40,211 nt of DNA from Chiloscyllium plagiosum (Eukaryota), in NCBI RefSeq assembly GCF_004010195.1, contig NC_057754.1, positions 7,126,665-7,166,875 on the forward strand. Direction: 5' to 3'. Shown here piece after piece: positions 8,805 to 20,200 of this stretch. A program made the position numbers and the translations under genes. Position 1 is the first letter of the stretch. The number at the start of each line of letters is the position of its first letter. The notes under the pieces are model-generated. The model did no database searches. It was not told the origin of the DNA and saw nothing but the letters and a program-made list of their open reading frames with translations.

Positions 8805-11306
8805 TGGAGCAGTGTGAGGGGAGTGAGTCCTGGAGCAGTGTGTGGGGAGCGGGTCCTGGAGCAGTGTGATGGGAGTGAGTCCTGGAGCAGTGTGAGGGGA
8901 ATGAGTCCTGGAGCAGTGTGAGGGGAGTGAGTCCTGGAGCAGTGTGCGGGGAGCGGGTCCTGGAGCAATGTGTGGGGAGTGAGTCCCGGAGCAGTGTGAG
9001 GGGATTGAGTCCCGGAGCAGTGTGTGGGGAGTGTTTCCTGGAGCAGTGTTAGGGGAGTGTGTCTCAGAGCAGTGTGAGGGGAGTGTGTCCTGGAGCAGTG
9101 TGTGGGGAGTGGGTCCTGGAGCAGTGTGAGGTGAGTGAGTCCTGGAGCAGTGTGAGGGGATCGGGTCCTGGAGCAGTGTGAGGGGAGTGAGTCCTGGAGC
9201 AGTGTGTGGGGAGTGAGTCCTGCAGAAGTGTGAGGGGAGCGGGTCCTGGAGCAGTGTGTGGGGTGTGAGTCCTGGAGCAGTGTGTGGGGAGTGTGTCCTG
9301 GAGCAGTGTGAGGGGAGTGAGTCCTGGTGCAATGTGTGGGGAGTGATTCCTGGAGCAGTGAGGTGATTCAGTCCAGGAGCAGTGTGAGTGAAGTCAGTCC
9401 TGGAGCAGTGCGTGGGGAATCAGTCCTGGACCAGTGTGTGGGGAGCGAGTCCTGGAGCAGTTGGTGGGGTATCAGTCGTGGAGCTGTGTGAGGGGAGCGA
9501 GTCCTGGAGCAGTGTTTGGCGAGCGGGTCCTGGAGCATTTTGAGGCGAGTGAGTGATGGAGCAGTGTGTGGGGAATCAGACTTGAAGCAGTGAGTGGGGA
9601 GTGAGTCCTGGAGCAGTGTGTGGGGAGCAAATCCTGGAGCAGTTTGTGGGGAATCAGTCGTGGAGCTGTGTGAGGGGAGTGAGTCCTGGAGCAGTGTGTG
9701 TGGAGTGGGTCCTGGAGCAGTGTGGGGGGAGTGAGTCCTGGAGCAGTGTGAGGGGAGCGGGTCCTGGAGCAGTGTGTGGGGAGTGAGTCCTGGAACAGTG
9801 TGTGGGGCGTGTGTCCTGGAGCAGTGTGTGGGGAGTGAGTCCTGGAGCAGTGTGAGGGGAGTGAGTCCTGGAGCAGTGTGTGGGGAATCAGTCCTGGAGC
9901 AGTGTGTGGTGAGTGGGTCCTGGAGCAGTGTGTGGGGAGTGGGTCCTGGAGCAGTGTGAGGGGAGTGAGTCCTGGAGCAGTGTGAGGGGAGCGGGTCCTG
10001 GAGCAGTGTGTGGGGAGTGAGTCCTGGAACAGTGTGTGGGGAGTGTGTCCTGGAGCAGTGTGAGGGGAGTGAGTCCTGGAGCAGTGTGAGGGGAGTGAGT
10101 CCTGGAGCAGTGTGTGGGGAATCAGTCCTGGAGAAGTGTGAGGCGAGTGAGTCCTGGAGCAGTGTGTGGGCAGCGAGTCCTGGAGCGGTTTGTGGGGAAT
10201 CTGTCGTGGAGCAGTGTGTGGGGAGTGAGTCCTGGAGCAGTGTGAGGGGAGTGAGTCCCGGAGCAGTGTGAGGGGAGTGAGTCCCGGAGCAGTGTGTGGG
10301 GAGTGTGTCCTGGAACAGTGTGTGGGGAATGTGTCTCAGAGCAGTGTGAGGGGTGTGTGTCCTGGAGCAGTGTGAGGGGAGTGAGTCCTGGAGCAGTGTG
10401 AGGGGAGCGGGTCCTGGAGCAGTGTGTGGGGAGTGAGTCCTGGAGCAGTGTGTGGGGAGTGAGTCCTGGAGCAGTGAGGGGAGCGGATCCTGGAGCAGTG
10501 TGAGGGGAGTGAGTCCTGGAGCAGTGTGAGGGGAGCGGTTCCTGGAGCAGTGTGAGGGGAGTGAGTCCTGGAGCAGTGTGAGGGGAGCGGGTCCTGGAGC
10601 AGTGTGAGGGGAGTGAGTCCTGGAGCAGTGTGAGGGGTGTGTGTCCTGGAGCAGTGTGAGGGGAGTGAGTCCTGGAGCAGTGTGTGGGGAGTGGGTCCTG
10701 GAGCAGTGTGTGGGGAGTGAGTCCTGGAGCAGTGAGTGGAGCGGATCCTGGAGCAGTGTGAGGGGAGTGAGTCCTGGAGCAGTGTGAGGTGAACGGTTCC
10801 TGGAGCAGTGTGAGGGGAGTGAGTCCTGGAGCAGTGTGAGGGGAGCGGGTCCTGGAGCAGTGTGAGGGGAATGAGTCCTGGAGCAGTGTGTGGGGAATCA
10901 GTCCTGGAGCAGTGTGTGGGGAATCATTCCTGAAGCAGTGTGAGGGGACCGTGTCCTGGAGCAGTGTGTGCGGAGCGGGTCCTGGAGCAGTGTGTGGGGA
11001 GTGAGTCCTGGAGTAGTGTGAGGGGAGTGAGTCCTGGAGCAGTGTGACGTTAGTGAGTCCCGGAGCAGTGTGAGGGGAGTGAGTACTGGAGCAGTGTGAG
11101 GGGAACGGGTCCTGGAGCAGTTTGAGGTTAGTGAGTCCTGGAGCAGTGTGTGGGGAGTGAGTCCCGGAGCAGTGTGTGGGTAGTGAGTCCTGGAGTAGTG
11201 TGAGGGGAGTGAGTCCTGGAGCAGTGTGACGTTAGTGAATCCCGGAGCAGTGTGAGGGGAGTGAGTCCTGGAGCAGTGTGAGGGGAGCACGTCCTGGTGC
11301 AGTGTG
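8805..11306. repeat. G-rich 26-bp minisatellite (GGAGCAGTGTGAGGGGAGTGAGTCCT)n, ~96 units visible
   Basis: Direct reading of the units. More divergent units at ~9330-9670. Confidence 0.97.
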
Positions 11307-11540
11307 GGAGTTCTTCCAGCAACCAACACTTGCTGCAGATGTGGTCACTGCCGTTCACAATGGGATCAGCCAGCTCCCACATCATACAGCAACAGCACAT
11401 CACCTGCCCAGCCATCTCTGCTTAGTTAGTTAATTACTTACTTTGTACAAGTATGAGTTAGAATACCTTCTGATACCTCTCTGCTATAGTTTTTTTTACC
11501 CTAAATAAGGACTTGATGTATACACACACAAAAAAAAACG
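11307..11540 (-). mobile_element. CR1 LINE 5'UTR and ORF1 N-terminus (Cys-rich zinc-finger-like)
   Basis: ATG 11415: MAGQVMCCCCMMWELADPIVNGSDHICSKCWLLEEL, the CxxC..W..CxxC pattern of CR1 ORF1. Confidence 0.75.
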
Positions 11541-11628
11541 AGGGTGTTTTGAGGGTGTTTGTTTGTGGGCCCTTGTTCTGATCAAAGTCTCCAATTTCAG
11601 GTTGGGTTTATTTTTCATTGGGGATTCA

Positions 11629-12098
11629 TAGAACCCCTACAGGGTGGAAACAGACCATTTGGCCCAACAAGTCCACATTGACCCTCCGAAGAGTATCCCA
11701 CCCAAACCTATTCCCCTACCCTATTACTCTGCATTTCCCCCCGACTAATGTACCTAACCTACGCATCCCTGGACACCGTGAGGCAATTTAGCACGGCCAA
11801 TCCACCCTAACCTGCACATCCCTGGGCACTATGGGACAATTTAGCACGGCCAATCCACCCTAACCTGCACATCCCTGGGCACTATGGGACAATTTAGCAC
11901 GGCCAATCCACCCTAACCTTCACATCTTTGGACTGTGGTTGGTCTGTGGGAGGAAACCGGAGCATCCGGAGGAAACTTATGCAGACATGGGGAGAATGTG
12001 CAAACTCCGCACAGACAGCTACCCGAGGCTGGGATTGAACCTGGGTCCCTGGCGCTGTGAGGCAGCAGTGCTAACCGCTGAGCCACCATACCGCCCCC
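11629..12098 (-). mobile_element. HE1-type SINE with internal 53-bp unit repeated three times
   Basis: Same head and V-domain as 2233-2545. CAATTTAGCACGGCCAATCCACCC recurs at 11784, 11837 and 11890. Confidence 0.9.
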
Positions 12099-13749
12099 GG
12101 TTATTAGACTCAAAGACAGTGAGTGGTGAGTGTTGATTTTCTGTTTTTAGCTGTTATTCAGTTTGTTTAAATAGAGTGTGCCTGGTCTAATAATGGCTCT
12201 TTCAGTGGCTAAGAGTTTCCTGGGTGTGAGGAGGTCACTGGGGAAGAAGGTGAGTAAGGTTAAGCTTTGTGAACTGAGAGACAAGCTGAGGGTGAGGCTG
12301 ACCGTGTCTGTGAAGGAAGGGGGGGAGATCGCAACAGCGCAGCGTTTACAATTGCTGGGAACGCAATCAGAATCACTCGATGTGGCTAAGGTTCAACCGT
12401 GAAATGAAACTGCTCGAGTTAGAGACAAAAGACAAAAACGGCCGAAAGTCAGGGTGAAAGAGAGAGCTTCTGAACTTGGGAAGTTGGAGCTGAAAGCTGA
12501 GAGTTGATTTCGAACGTAGGAGGTGAAGAGAAAAGGTGGGAATGTGTCTGGATGGGTAACCCTTCGCAGGTTTGGTATGGACTTGTGGTGACGAGGTCAG
12601 CAATGGAGAGCAAACCCATCGTAGCCAAAGGGCTGGTGGGGGTCTGTTTCAATATGTCCAATCGTCCAACGAGGACGACGTAGTAACCTTTCTCATTTCA
12701 TTTCAGAAAGTGGCTAAACAAATGAAATGACCGGTGACCATATTGATTCAAACCAAGTTGGTTGGTAGAGCTAAAGAGGCGTTTGTTTCACTATCAGAAG
12801 AGGTTTCTGGGAGTATGTGGAGGTGAAAAAAAGCCATCTTAAGTGCCTATGAATTCTTGCTAAAGGCCTACAGACAACACTTTATGAGGGACCCTGTTCT
12901 AACGTGCGTTGAGTTTGAAAGGATCAAACAAAGTGATTTTGATAGGTGGATAAGGGCATTGAAAGTAGATCGACATGTGACGCTCTCAGAGAGACGATTA
13001 TTTCGGAGGAGTTCAAAAATTCTTTTTCCGGAATCATGAAACTCGCGTGAAAAGGCAGAGAGTTTAAAATGGCAAGGTTAGCAGCAGAAGTAGCAGGTGG
13101 TTGTGAGTTGGTTCACAAATCAAAGGATCGGCTTCCAACATCAATTTCAATCCGTGAGAAACAGAAACTGGGGAAAAGAGAAAAATCCTCAGGTGCTAAA
13201 GGAAAAGCAGACCTCAGTGAAGATAGTAAAGAGAGCTTACCACAGGTTAAAAAAGAAACCTGTTTGGTTGTGGGCGCGGGGGAAGGTGGAGAGGTACAAA
13301 AAGATCAGGTGACTTCACGGCAACAAAGTAGGCCCCATGAAGTGGGCTGAATGGCCTAATTTCTGCTCCTATGTCTTCTGGTCTTAAGTGACAGCGTTGG
13401 AGGTTTAGAAAAAGCACGAATATGGTGAGCCAGGATAAGACAGTGGCATTTGTTAAAGTGGTAAGGGAGATCACCGGTCAAGCTAAAAAGCTGCGTGCAG
13501 ACTGGTCAGGGGGGTTGGATAAGAAGAAAGCGCCAGATCCCTTTAAAGAACTTACCTGTGGGGGTAAAGTTTATTCATGTGTACCAGGATGCGTAGGTAA
13601 AGAAACTAAGATCTTTAAAAGATACAAGCATCTTAATTGATGGCATGGGGCCTCTCCCTGAAATGAAAAGTAAAAATCAACTTTGTTGACCAAAATGAAT
13701 GTGTCTATTAGAATTCCAGAGGCCATTCCGTTATGCAATATCACAGAGT

Positions 13750-14075
13750 TAGATTAGATTCCCTACAGTATGGAAACAGGCCCTTCGGCCCAACAAGTCC
13801 ATACCAACCCTCTGAAGAGTAACCCACCCAGACCCATTCCCCTATATTTACCCCTGACTAATGCACCTAAGACTATGGGCAATTTAGCATGGCCAATTCA
13901 CCTGACCTGCACATCTTTGGACTGTGGGAGGAAACCGGAGCACCCGGAGGAAACCCACACAGACATGGGGAGAATGTGCAAACTCCACACAGGCAGTCAC
14001 CCAAGGGTGGGATCGAACCCAGGGTCCCTGGTGCTGTGAGGCAGCAGTGCTAACCACTGAACTATCATGCCACCC
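13750..14075 (-). mobile_element. HE1-type SINE inserted in the Gypsy integrase
   Basis: High similarity to 2233-2545. It splits the peptide EAIPLCNIT / ANRIVEEL. Confidence 0.9.
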
Positions 14076-14309
14076 AGCTAACAGGATCGTAGAAGAGTTA
14101 CCCAATTTTTAAAAATAAACACAGACTACCCACAAAGATACAATCAGATCAAGGATCAAATTTTACATTAACATTATTCAAGGAAGTTAAGGATAGATTA
14201 GGTGTACCGTCCAGAATTGCAGTGACCATTAGAACCGTGGTATCAAACTTTAGAGACTATGTGGAGGATTTACAGTCAAGACTATCTAGAGGACTGGTAT
14301 AAAGGCTTT

Positions 14310-15575
14310 AATTTGATATGATTTCTTGTTGTACCTAAGTACAGTGGAAATCAGTGTTTTATGAGCAGTACAGGCAGACCATAGCAAACAAGGACATACA
14401 GATCATAGGGTGCTTATTAGATTCCCTACAGCATGGAAACAGGCCATTTAGCCCAACAAGTCCACGCCGACCCTCCAAAGAGTAACCCACCCAGACCCAT
14501 TCCTCTACCCTATATTTACCCCTTACTAATGTACCTAACACTATGGGGCAATTTAGCACGGCCAATCCACCCTAACCTGCACATCTTTGTGATTGTGGGA
14601 GGAAACCAGAGCACCTGGAGGAAATCCCACACAGACACAGGGAGAATGTGCAAACTCCACACAGACAGTTGCCCAAGAGTGGAATCAAACCCGAGTCCCT
14701 GGGACTGGGAAGCAGCAATGCTAACCCACTGAGCGACCGTACCACCCCACAGAAAGAGCGAGGCGTGTAGGTTTACAGCTGCACAGGAGGGGCACAAAGC
14801 AAGATCAACATTGTTTGAAGTTAGAGGGGTCCATTCATCAGTCTAATAAAAGCCCAGAAGAAGCTGTTCCTGAACCTGTTTAGTGTATGTGTGTTCAAGT
14901 TTGTGTACCTGCTGCCTAACGGAGAGGGTTCTGGGAGAGTGTTACCAGGGTGACGGGGGGAGGGGGGGTGTCTTTGATGATGTTGACAGCCTTTCCATGG
15001 CAGTCAGAAATGTAAATGGAGTCCATGGTTGGGAGGTTGACCCCCGCGATGGTCTGGGCTGTGCACATAACCTTCCGTAGTTTGTTACAATCCTGGGAAG
15101 AGCAGTTGCCGTACCAGGCCATTATGCGTCCCGACAGTATGGTCTCAGTGGTGCACCAGTAAAAGTTGGTGAGGGTCCTTATGGACGTGCCGAACTTCCT
15201 GAGCCACCTGAGGAAGAAGCGACGTTGTTGCGCCTTCCTGAGCATCGCATCTCCATGGGAGGTCCAGGACAGGTTGTCTGGTATCGTCACTCCCAAGAAC
15301 GTGATGCTCTCCACCCTGTCCCACCTCAACTCCATTGATGTAGATAGGGGCAAGTCCTCCTCCTTTCTTCCCAAAACCAATATCAGTCCTTTTGGTTTGT
15401 TGACATTGAGAAGGAGAGATTGTTATCATTGCACCATGACACCTAGCACTCTATCACCTTCCTGTGTTCAGCCTCATCGTTCTGAGTCCAGTTGACTCTT
15501 CACCGGAGCTGAAGTGAAGTGATATCCGTCCTACAATCACCCATCAGCAAATGTGTAGGTGGAGTTCGTACAGAA
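14310..15575 (-). mobile_element. Rex1/Babar-like (L2/CR1 group) LINE 3' fragment
   Basis: ITFLGVTIPDNLSW...RKAQQRRFFLRWLRKFG...LTNFYWCTTETILSGRIMAWYGNC (DUF1891-like C-terminus). 3'UTR is shared with 22600-22800. Confidence 0.8.
14416..14748 (-). mobile_element. HE1-type SINE nested in the Rex1/Babar-like 3'UTR
   Basis: tRNA head, V-domain and ATTAGATT tail. Confidence 0.9.
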
Positions 15576-15797
15576 TGTTTCTCCTTTGAACATTTGGTAA
15601 TTAGGGATGCATCTAATGAATCAACTAAATTCAGTCTATTTGTATTACTTTTAGGGTATGAGGTGAGAGACCACTTAAATTAGTTAGTGAGTCAGAGTTC
15701 AGAGGTCACATATTTGGACTGTGTGTCAAATCTATAGAATCCCTCCAGTGTGGAAACAGGCCATTCGGCCTAACCAGTCCACCCCGATTCTCCAAGG

Positions 15798-16019
15798 TAA
15801 AAACAAGGACTGCAGATGCTGGAAACCAGAATCTGGATTAGAGCGGTGCTGGAAAAGCGCAGCAGTTCAGGCAGCATCCAAGGAGCAGGAAAATTGACGT
15901 TTCGGGCAAAAGACCTTCATCAGGTATTCCTGATGAAGGGCTTTTGCCCGAAACGGCGATTTTCCTGCTCCTCGGATTCTGCCTGAGCTGCTGTGCTTTT
16001 CCAGCACCACTCTAATCCA
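15798..16019. mobile_element. Palindromic short element (probably Penelope-derived) with back-to-back hammerhead-like cores
   Basis: Arms ~15835-15924 and ~15929-16019 are reverse complements, centred on TCAGGTATTCCTGA. Core CTGATGA-A-GGGC-TTTT-GCCC-GAAAC. Other arms at ~16838-16962(-), 17905-17995(+), 18166-18288(-), 20460-20583(+), 22302-22395(+), 22805-22932(-), 31324-31438 and 34630-34815. Confidence 0.7.
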
Positions 16020-16961
16020 CACCGATTCTCCTAAGAGCATCCCACTCAGATTCACCGCTCCCCACCCTATCTTATCCCTGCAGCTCCCATCGCTAATCCG
16101 CCTAATGTGCACACCCCCAGACACAAATGGTAGGGAGAGCTTAAACAGAGTGTGTGAGTTGGCTAGACAGCATTTGAAAGTAGCACAGCATGTGATGAAA
16201 CAGGAAGCAGACAAGAAATCAAAAATTCATGGTTTCGCTAGTGGAGATAAAGTGTCAGCGTTACTTCTGGTGGTAGGTGAACCTTTAAAAGCAAGGTTTA
16301 GTGGGCCGAATCAAACTGAAAGGAAATTGAGTGAGGTGAATTATTTCATAAGAATGTTACTTATCAAGGAAACTCACAGGGTGTGTTATGCGAATATGCT
16401 CAAACAGTATTTTGATAAGGAAGGAGAATGTTTCACTGGTTAGAGTTCAGCGTGAAGAACCAAATCCAGTTGATTCTGCATTAGACATTCCTCCAATTAA
16501 ATTGGACAATGAGAACATTCCCAAAAATTGGGACAAATTATTGAGTTACCTTCCAGAATAAAATCAAAATGACCTAAAACAGCTAATGTAATCTCATGGA
16601 GAGAAATGTGTGAAGTACTAAATTTATTACTCATGATGTAGATATCGACATGCTGTTCCAATTAAGCAACATCCTTATAGACTTAACCCTCTAAAATCGG
16701 CACAGGTTCAAAAAGAGATTGAAAGAATGCTCAGAAATGACATAATTGAAATGACTTGCAGCGAATAGGGCTCAGCAATTGTAATGGAGTCAAAACCAGA
16801 TGGTACCCAATGATTATGTGTGGACTGTCACGAAGTCAAGGAGAAAGTGAGGAGTGCAGATGCTGGAGATCAGAGTCAAAACGTGTGGTGCTGGAAAATC
16901 ACAGCAGGTCAGGCAGGATCCAAGGAGCAGGAGAATCGACATTTCGGGCCGAAGCCCTTCA

Positions 16962-17900
16962 CAGGGATCTTGATCATATGGGCCAAGGGCTGAGGAGTGA
17001 CAGATAGAGTTTAATTTAGATAAACGTGAGATTAGGTTAGATTCCCTACAGTGTGTAGGGAATCTAATCTAATATAATCCCTCAGACCCATTCCCCTCTG
17101 AGTAACGCAGCTAACCTATGGGCAATTTAGCATGGCCAATTCACCTGACCGACACATCTTTGGACTGAGGGAGGAAACTGGAGCATCCAGAGGAAACCCA
17201 CGCAGACACAGTGAGAATGTGCAAACTCCACACAGACAGTCGCCCGAGACTGGAATCGAACCTGGGAGGTGCTGTGAGGCAGCAATGCTAACCACTGAGC
17301 CACTGTGCCACCCTAAGGCACAATGAGGTGCTGCATTTTTGGGAAAGCAAATCTTAGCAGGACTTATACACATAATGGTAAGGTCCTAGGGACTGTTCCT
17401 GAACAAAGAGACTTTGGAGTGCAGGTTCGTAGCTCCTTGAAAGTGGAGTCGCAGGTAGATAGGATAGTGAAGAAGGCTTTTGGTATGCTTTCCTTTATTG
17501 GTCAGAGTACTGAGTACAGGAGTTGGGAGGTCATGTTGCGGCTGTACAGGATGTTGGTTAGGCCACTGTTGGAATATTGCGTGCAATTCTGGTCTCCTTC
17601 CGTCCAGAACTAGATGGCATAGGTTTAGGGTGAGAGGGGAAAGATATAAAAGGGACCTAAGGGGCAACTTTTTCACGCCGCGGGTGGTACGTGTATGGAA
17701 TGAGCTGCCAGAGGATGTGGTGGAGGCTGGTACAATGACAACATTTAAAAGGCATCTGGATGGGGACATGAATAGGAAGGGTTTGGAGGGATATGGGTCA
17801 TGCGCTGGCAGGTGGGACTAGATTGGGTTGGGATATCTGGTCGGCATGGACGGGTTGGACCAAAGGGTCTGTTTCTGTGCTATGGCTCTCTGACTCTGTC
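16962..17900 (+). mobile_element. CR1 LINE 3' fragment (interrupted by SINE, internal deletion)
   Basis: DFGVQVRSSLKVESQVDRIVKKAFGML...LVRPLLEYCVQFWSP and RGNFFTPRVVRVWNELPE. Confidence 0.9.
17031..17313 (-). mobile_element. HE1-type SINE
   Basis: Similarity to the other copies; inserted within a CR1 fragment. Confidence 0.88.
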
Positions 17901-18441
17901 ATGTCTTCCTGATGAAGGGCTTATGCCCGAAACGTCGACACTCCTGCTCCTCAGATGCTACCTGACCGGCTGTGCTTTTCTAGCACCACACTTCTTGTCG
18001 CAAAGTCAAGGCTGTTACAAAATCCGGTTTGTTTCCTATTGCACGTTTTCAAGAAAAGGTGAGACAAGCAACTTATATTTCTAAGCAGGACTTACTCAGA
18101 GAATACTGGCAGTTTATCTGAAAAAGCAAAGGCAGTTTCACCTTTCATGGTAACAAATGGACTATGAGAAAGTGAGGACTGCAGATGCTGGAGATCAGAG
18201 TGGAGAGCGTGGTGCTGGAAAAGCGCAGCAGGGTCAGGCAGCATCCGAGGAGCAGGAGAATCGACGTTTCAGTCATAAGCCCTTCATCTTGAAGCCCATG
18301 CCCGTTTGGTTTGAAGAATGCCCCAGCCGTATTTCAAAGACGAGCCAATAATGTCACCTTTGAGACTCCCCGGTTGTGTGGTGCACGTTGATGATCTGGT
18401 GGTTTTTAGTCACACATAGAAGGAACGTTTGGAGCATCAAG

Positions 18442-18710
18442 TGGTTCTTGTAGAGATGCGTAGCTGGGGGTTCACTTGCAGTTGTTGTTCGTCGAGCTGG
18501 GGAGTTGGTTTGCAGCCATTTTGTCCCCTGTCTATATGACATCCTCAGCGCAGTGGAGCCTCCTATGAAGCGCTGCTGTACTGTGTCGGTTGGAATTTAT
18601 TTGTTACAGTGTCGGAATATTGGGTCCAGGTCAACACGTTTATTGATGGAATCCATGGATGAGTGCCGTGGAATTGTTCGATTGACTTCAGGAGGCAGGC
18701 TTGGAAAGAG
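18442..18710 (-). mobile_element. Penelope-like element 3' fragment with degenerate hammerhead
   Basis: Minus strand encodes HSSMDSINKRVDLDPIF (Penelope ORF C-terminus), followed by CTGAGGA-TGTC...GGAC-AAAATGGC (mutated GAAACGTC) at ~18548-18512. Confidence 0.65.
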
Positions 18711-18857
18711 GAAGGCTCAGCGGGGAATTTGATAGAGACAGACAAGATGATCAGAGGATTAGGTAGGGTAGACAGCGAAAGTCTTTTTCCTAGGATGGTG
18801 ACGTCAGCTTGTACAAGGGGGCATAACTACAAGTTGCGGGGTGATAGATTTAAGACA

Positions 18858-19705
18858 GTGGAATGTCTGCTTCTGAAGCAGTGAGTAAACAACTTTGATC
18901 CCCTACGTCTTTTTTTAAAATTAGACAAAAGGAGCACAAGTGGGTGGAGTCCGGCTCACACAGACCTAGAGTTTTAGTTTTTGTTTCCAGTTGGGGTTAG
19001 TAGTTAGCTGTTGAAGCTGCTGGATGCAGCTCTCTCTCCATTGCAGCAAAACACTTGAGTTCTCTCCCTGTTGCTGGAATGTGTCTTTTTTTGGTGTTCC
19101 TTTCTCCTGGATTGGAAGGGAGATACCACGTGAGGAAATTCTGTTTTGCTGAGATGGCGTTTGCCAAGGGTATGATTACGGGATGCCGCGATATCAGAAC
19201 AGTTGATGATTAGTAGTTAAATAATATTTTATTAAGAATTGCAAGAGAGTTAAAGCTATGCAATTCTTTTTCTGTTTTTATTTTAACTGTGTTGTTGAAT
19301 AAAATGCATTTTATTAAAGCCTCGTGGTGGCCCAATTAAATCACATCTCGAATCCAGGATGTTGCCTGAACTGGAGAGTATTAGTTATGAAGAGAGATTG
19401 GACAGACCGGAGTTGTTTTCCATCGAGCCGAGGAGATTGAGAGGGGACGCGATTGAGGTGGATAAAATTATGAGGGACACAAAATTCTGAGTGCCTCGCA
19501 CTTGCCTTTCAATGAAATGAAACAATAAGGTTGAAGCGGTCTCCTTGAGATATTTTGTGGGGGGTTTGGTCCGGCCCATAACAAACTGGGCGTTCTTGTC
19601 TGGATCAGGTTGGATTCAGGATTATTGGACTCGAAGGCAGTGATTGGGGAGTGTTGGTGTTCTCCTTTCGGATGTTGAGGGGATTTGGTCTAGTCCACCA
19701 CACAC
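18858..19705 (+). mobile_element. Second Gypsy LTR of the same family with PBS-like site and leader fragment (CR1 scrap inserted ~19350-19480)
   Basis: Collinear with 5673-6140 (GGAATGTCTGCTTC, GTTGAAGCTGCTGGAT, AACAGTTGATGATT...TAGTTAAATAATA). Ends CATAACA at 19582; 19583-19670 matches 11560-11620 plus 12099-12150. Confidence 0.75.
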
Positions 19706-20200
19706 CATCTTCTGGGTGAAAACGTTTTCCCTCACATCCCCTCTAAATCTCCCGTCCCTTCCTTTCAATCGATGTTCCCATGGTCAGCGATTCCGCCCCC
19801 CCATCAAGGGGAGAGGTTTCTTCCTGTCTCACATTTTGTGCCCCTCATAATTTTATCCATCTCAGTCATGTCCCCTCTCAATCTCCTCGGCTCGATGGTG
19901 AACAACTCCAGCATGTCCAATCTCTCTTCATAGCTAATACTCTCCAGTCCAGGCAACATCCTGGGAAATCTCCCTGTGCACCCTCTCCAGTGCTCTCACA
20001 TCCCTCCTACAATGTGGATCCCAGAACTGCGCACAATTCTCTAGTTGTGGCCTAACCAGCGTTTTATATAGTTCCAGCATCACCTCCCTGCTCTTAAACT
20101 CTTTGCCTCGATGAATACAGGCAAGTATCACTTCTGCCTTCTGAATCACTTTGTCTACTTCTCCTGATACCCTAAGGAACCCCCTGGTGGACCTGTACAG
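19705..20200 (-). mobile_element. CR1 LINE fragment
   Basis: EFKSREVMLELYKTLVRPQLENCAQFWDPH. Confidence 0.85.

Larger units (their letters stand above)
5620..18440 (+). mobile_element. Decayed Gmr1-like Gypsy LTR retrotransposon (LTR, PBS, gag, integrase, RT), fragmented by nested insertions
   Basis: LTR ~5620-6572 resumes at ~11549. Degenerate PBS-like site ~11564-11582. Gag remnants 12190-13350 (LIQTKLVGRAKEAF, VKKAILSAYE, AYRQHF). Integrase: IPEAIPLCNIT ~13712, IQSDQGSNF ~14138, ARQHLKVAQHVMK...FSGP 16160-16440. RT: PIKQHPYRLNP ~16658, FGLKNAPAVFQR ~18305, HVDDLVVFS ~18384. Many stops and frameshifts. Confidence 0.8.

Noticed and set aside
7346..9332. 540-aa and 297-aa ORFs suggesting a repeat-RT fusion protein
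   Set aside because: They are open only by reading through the N gap; the N-terminal part is translated minisatellite.
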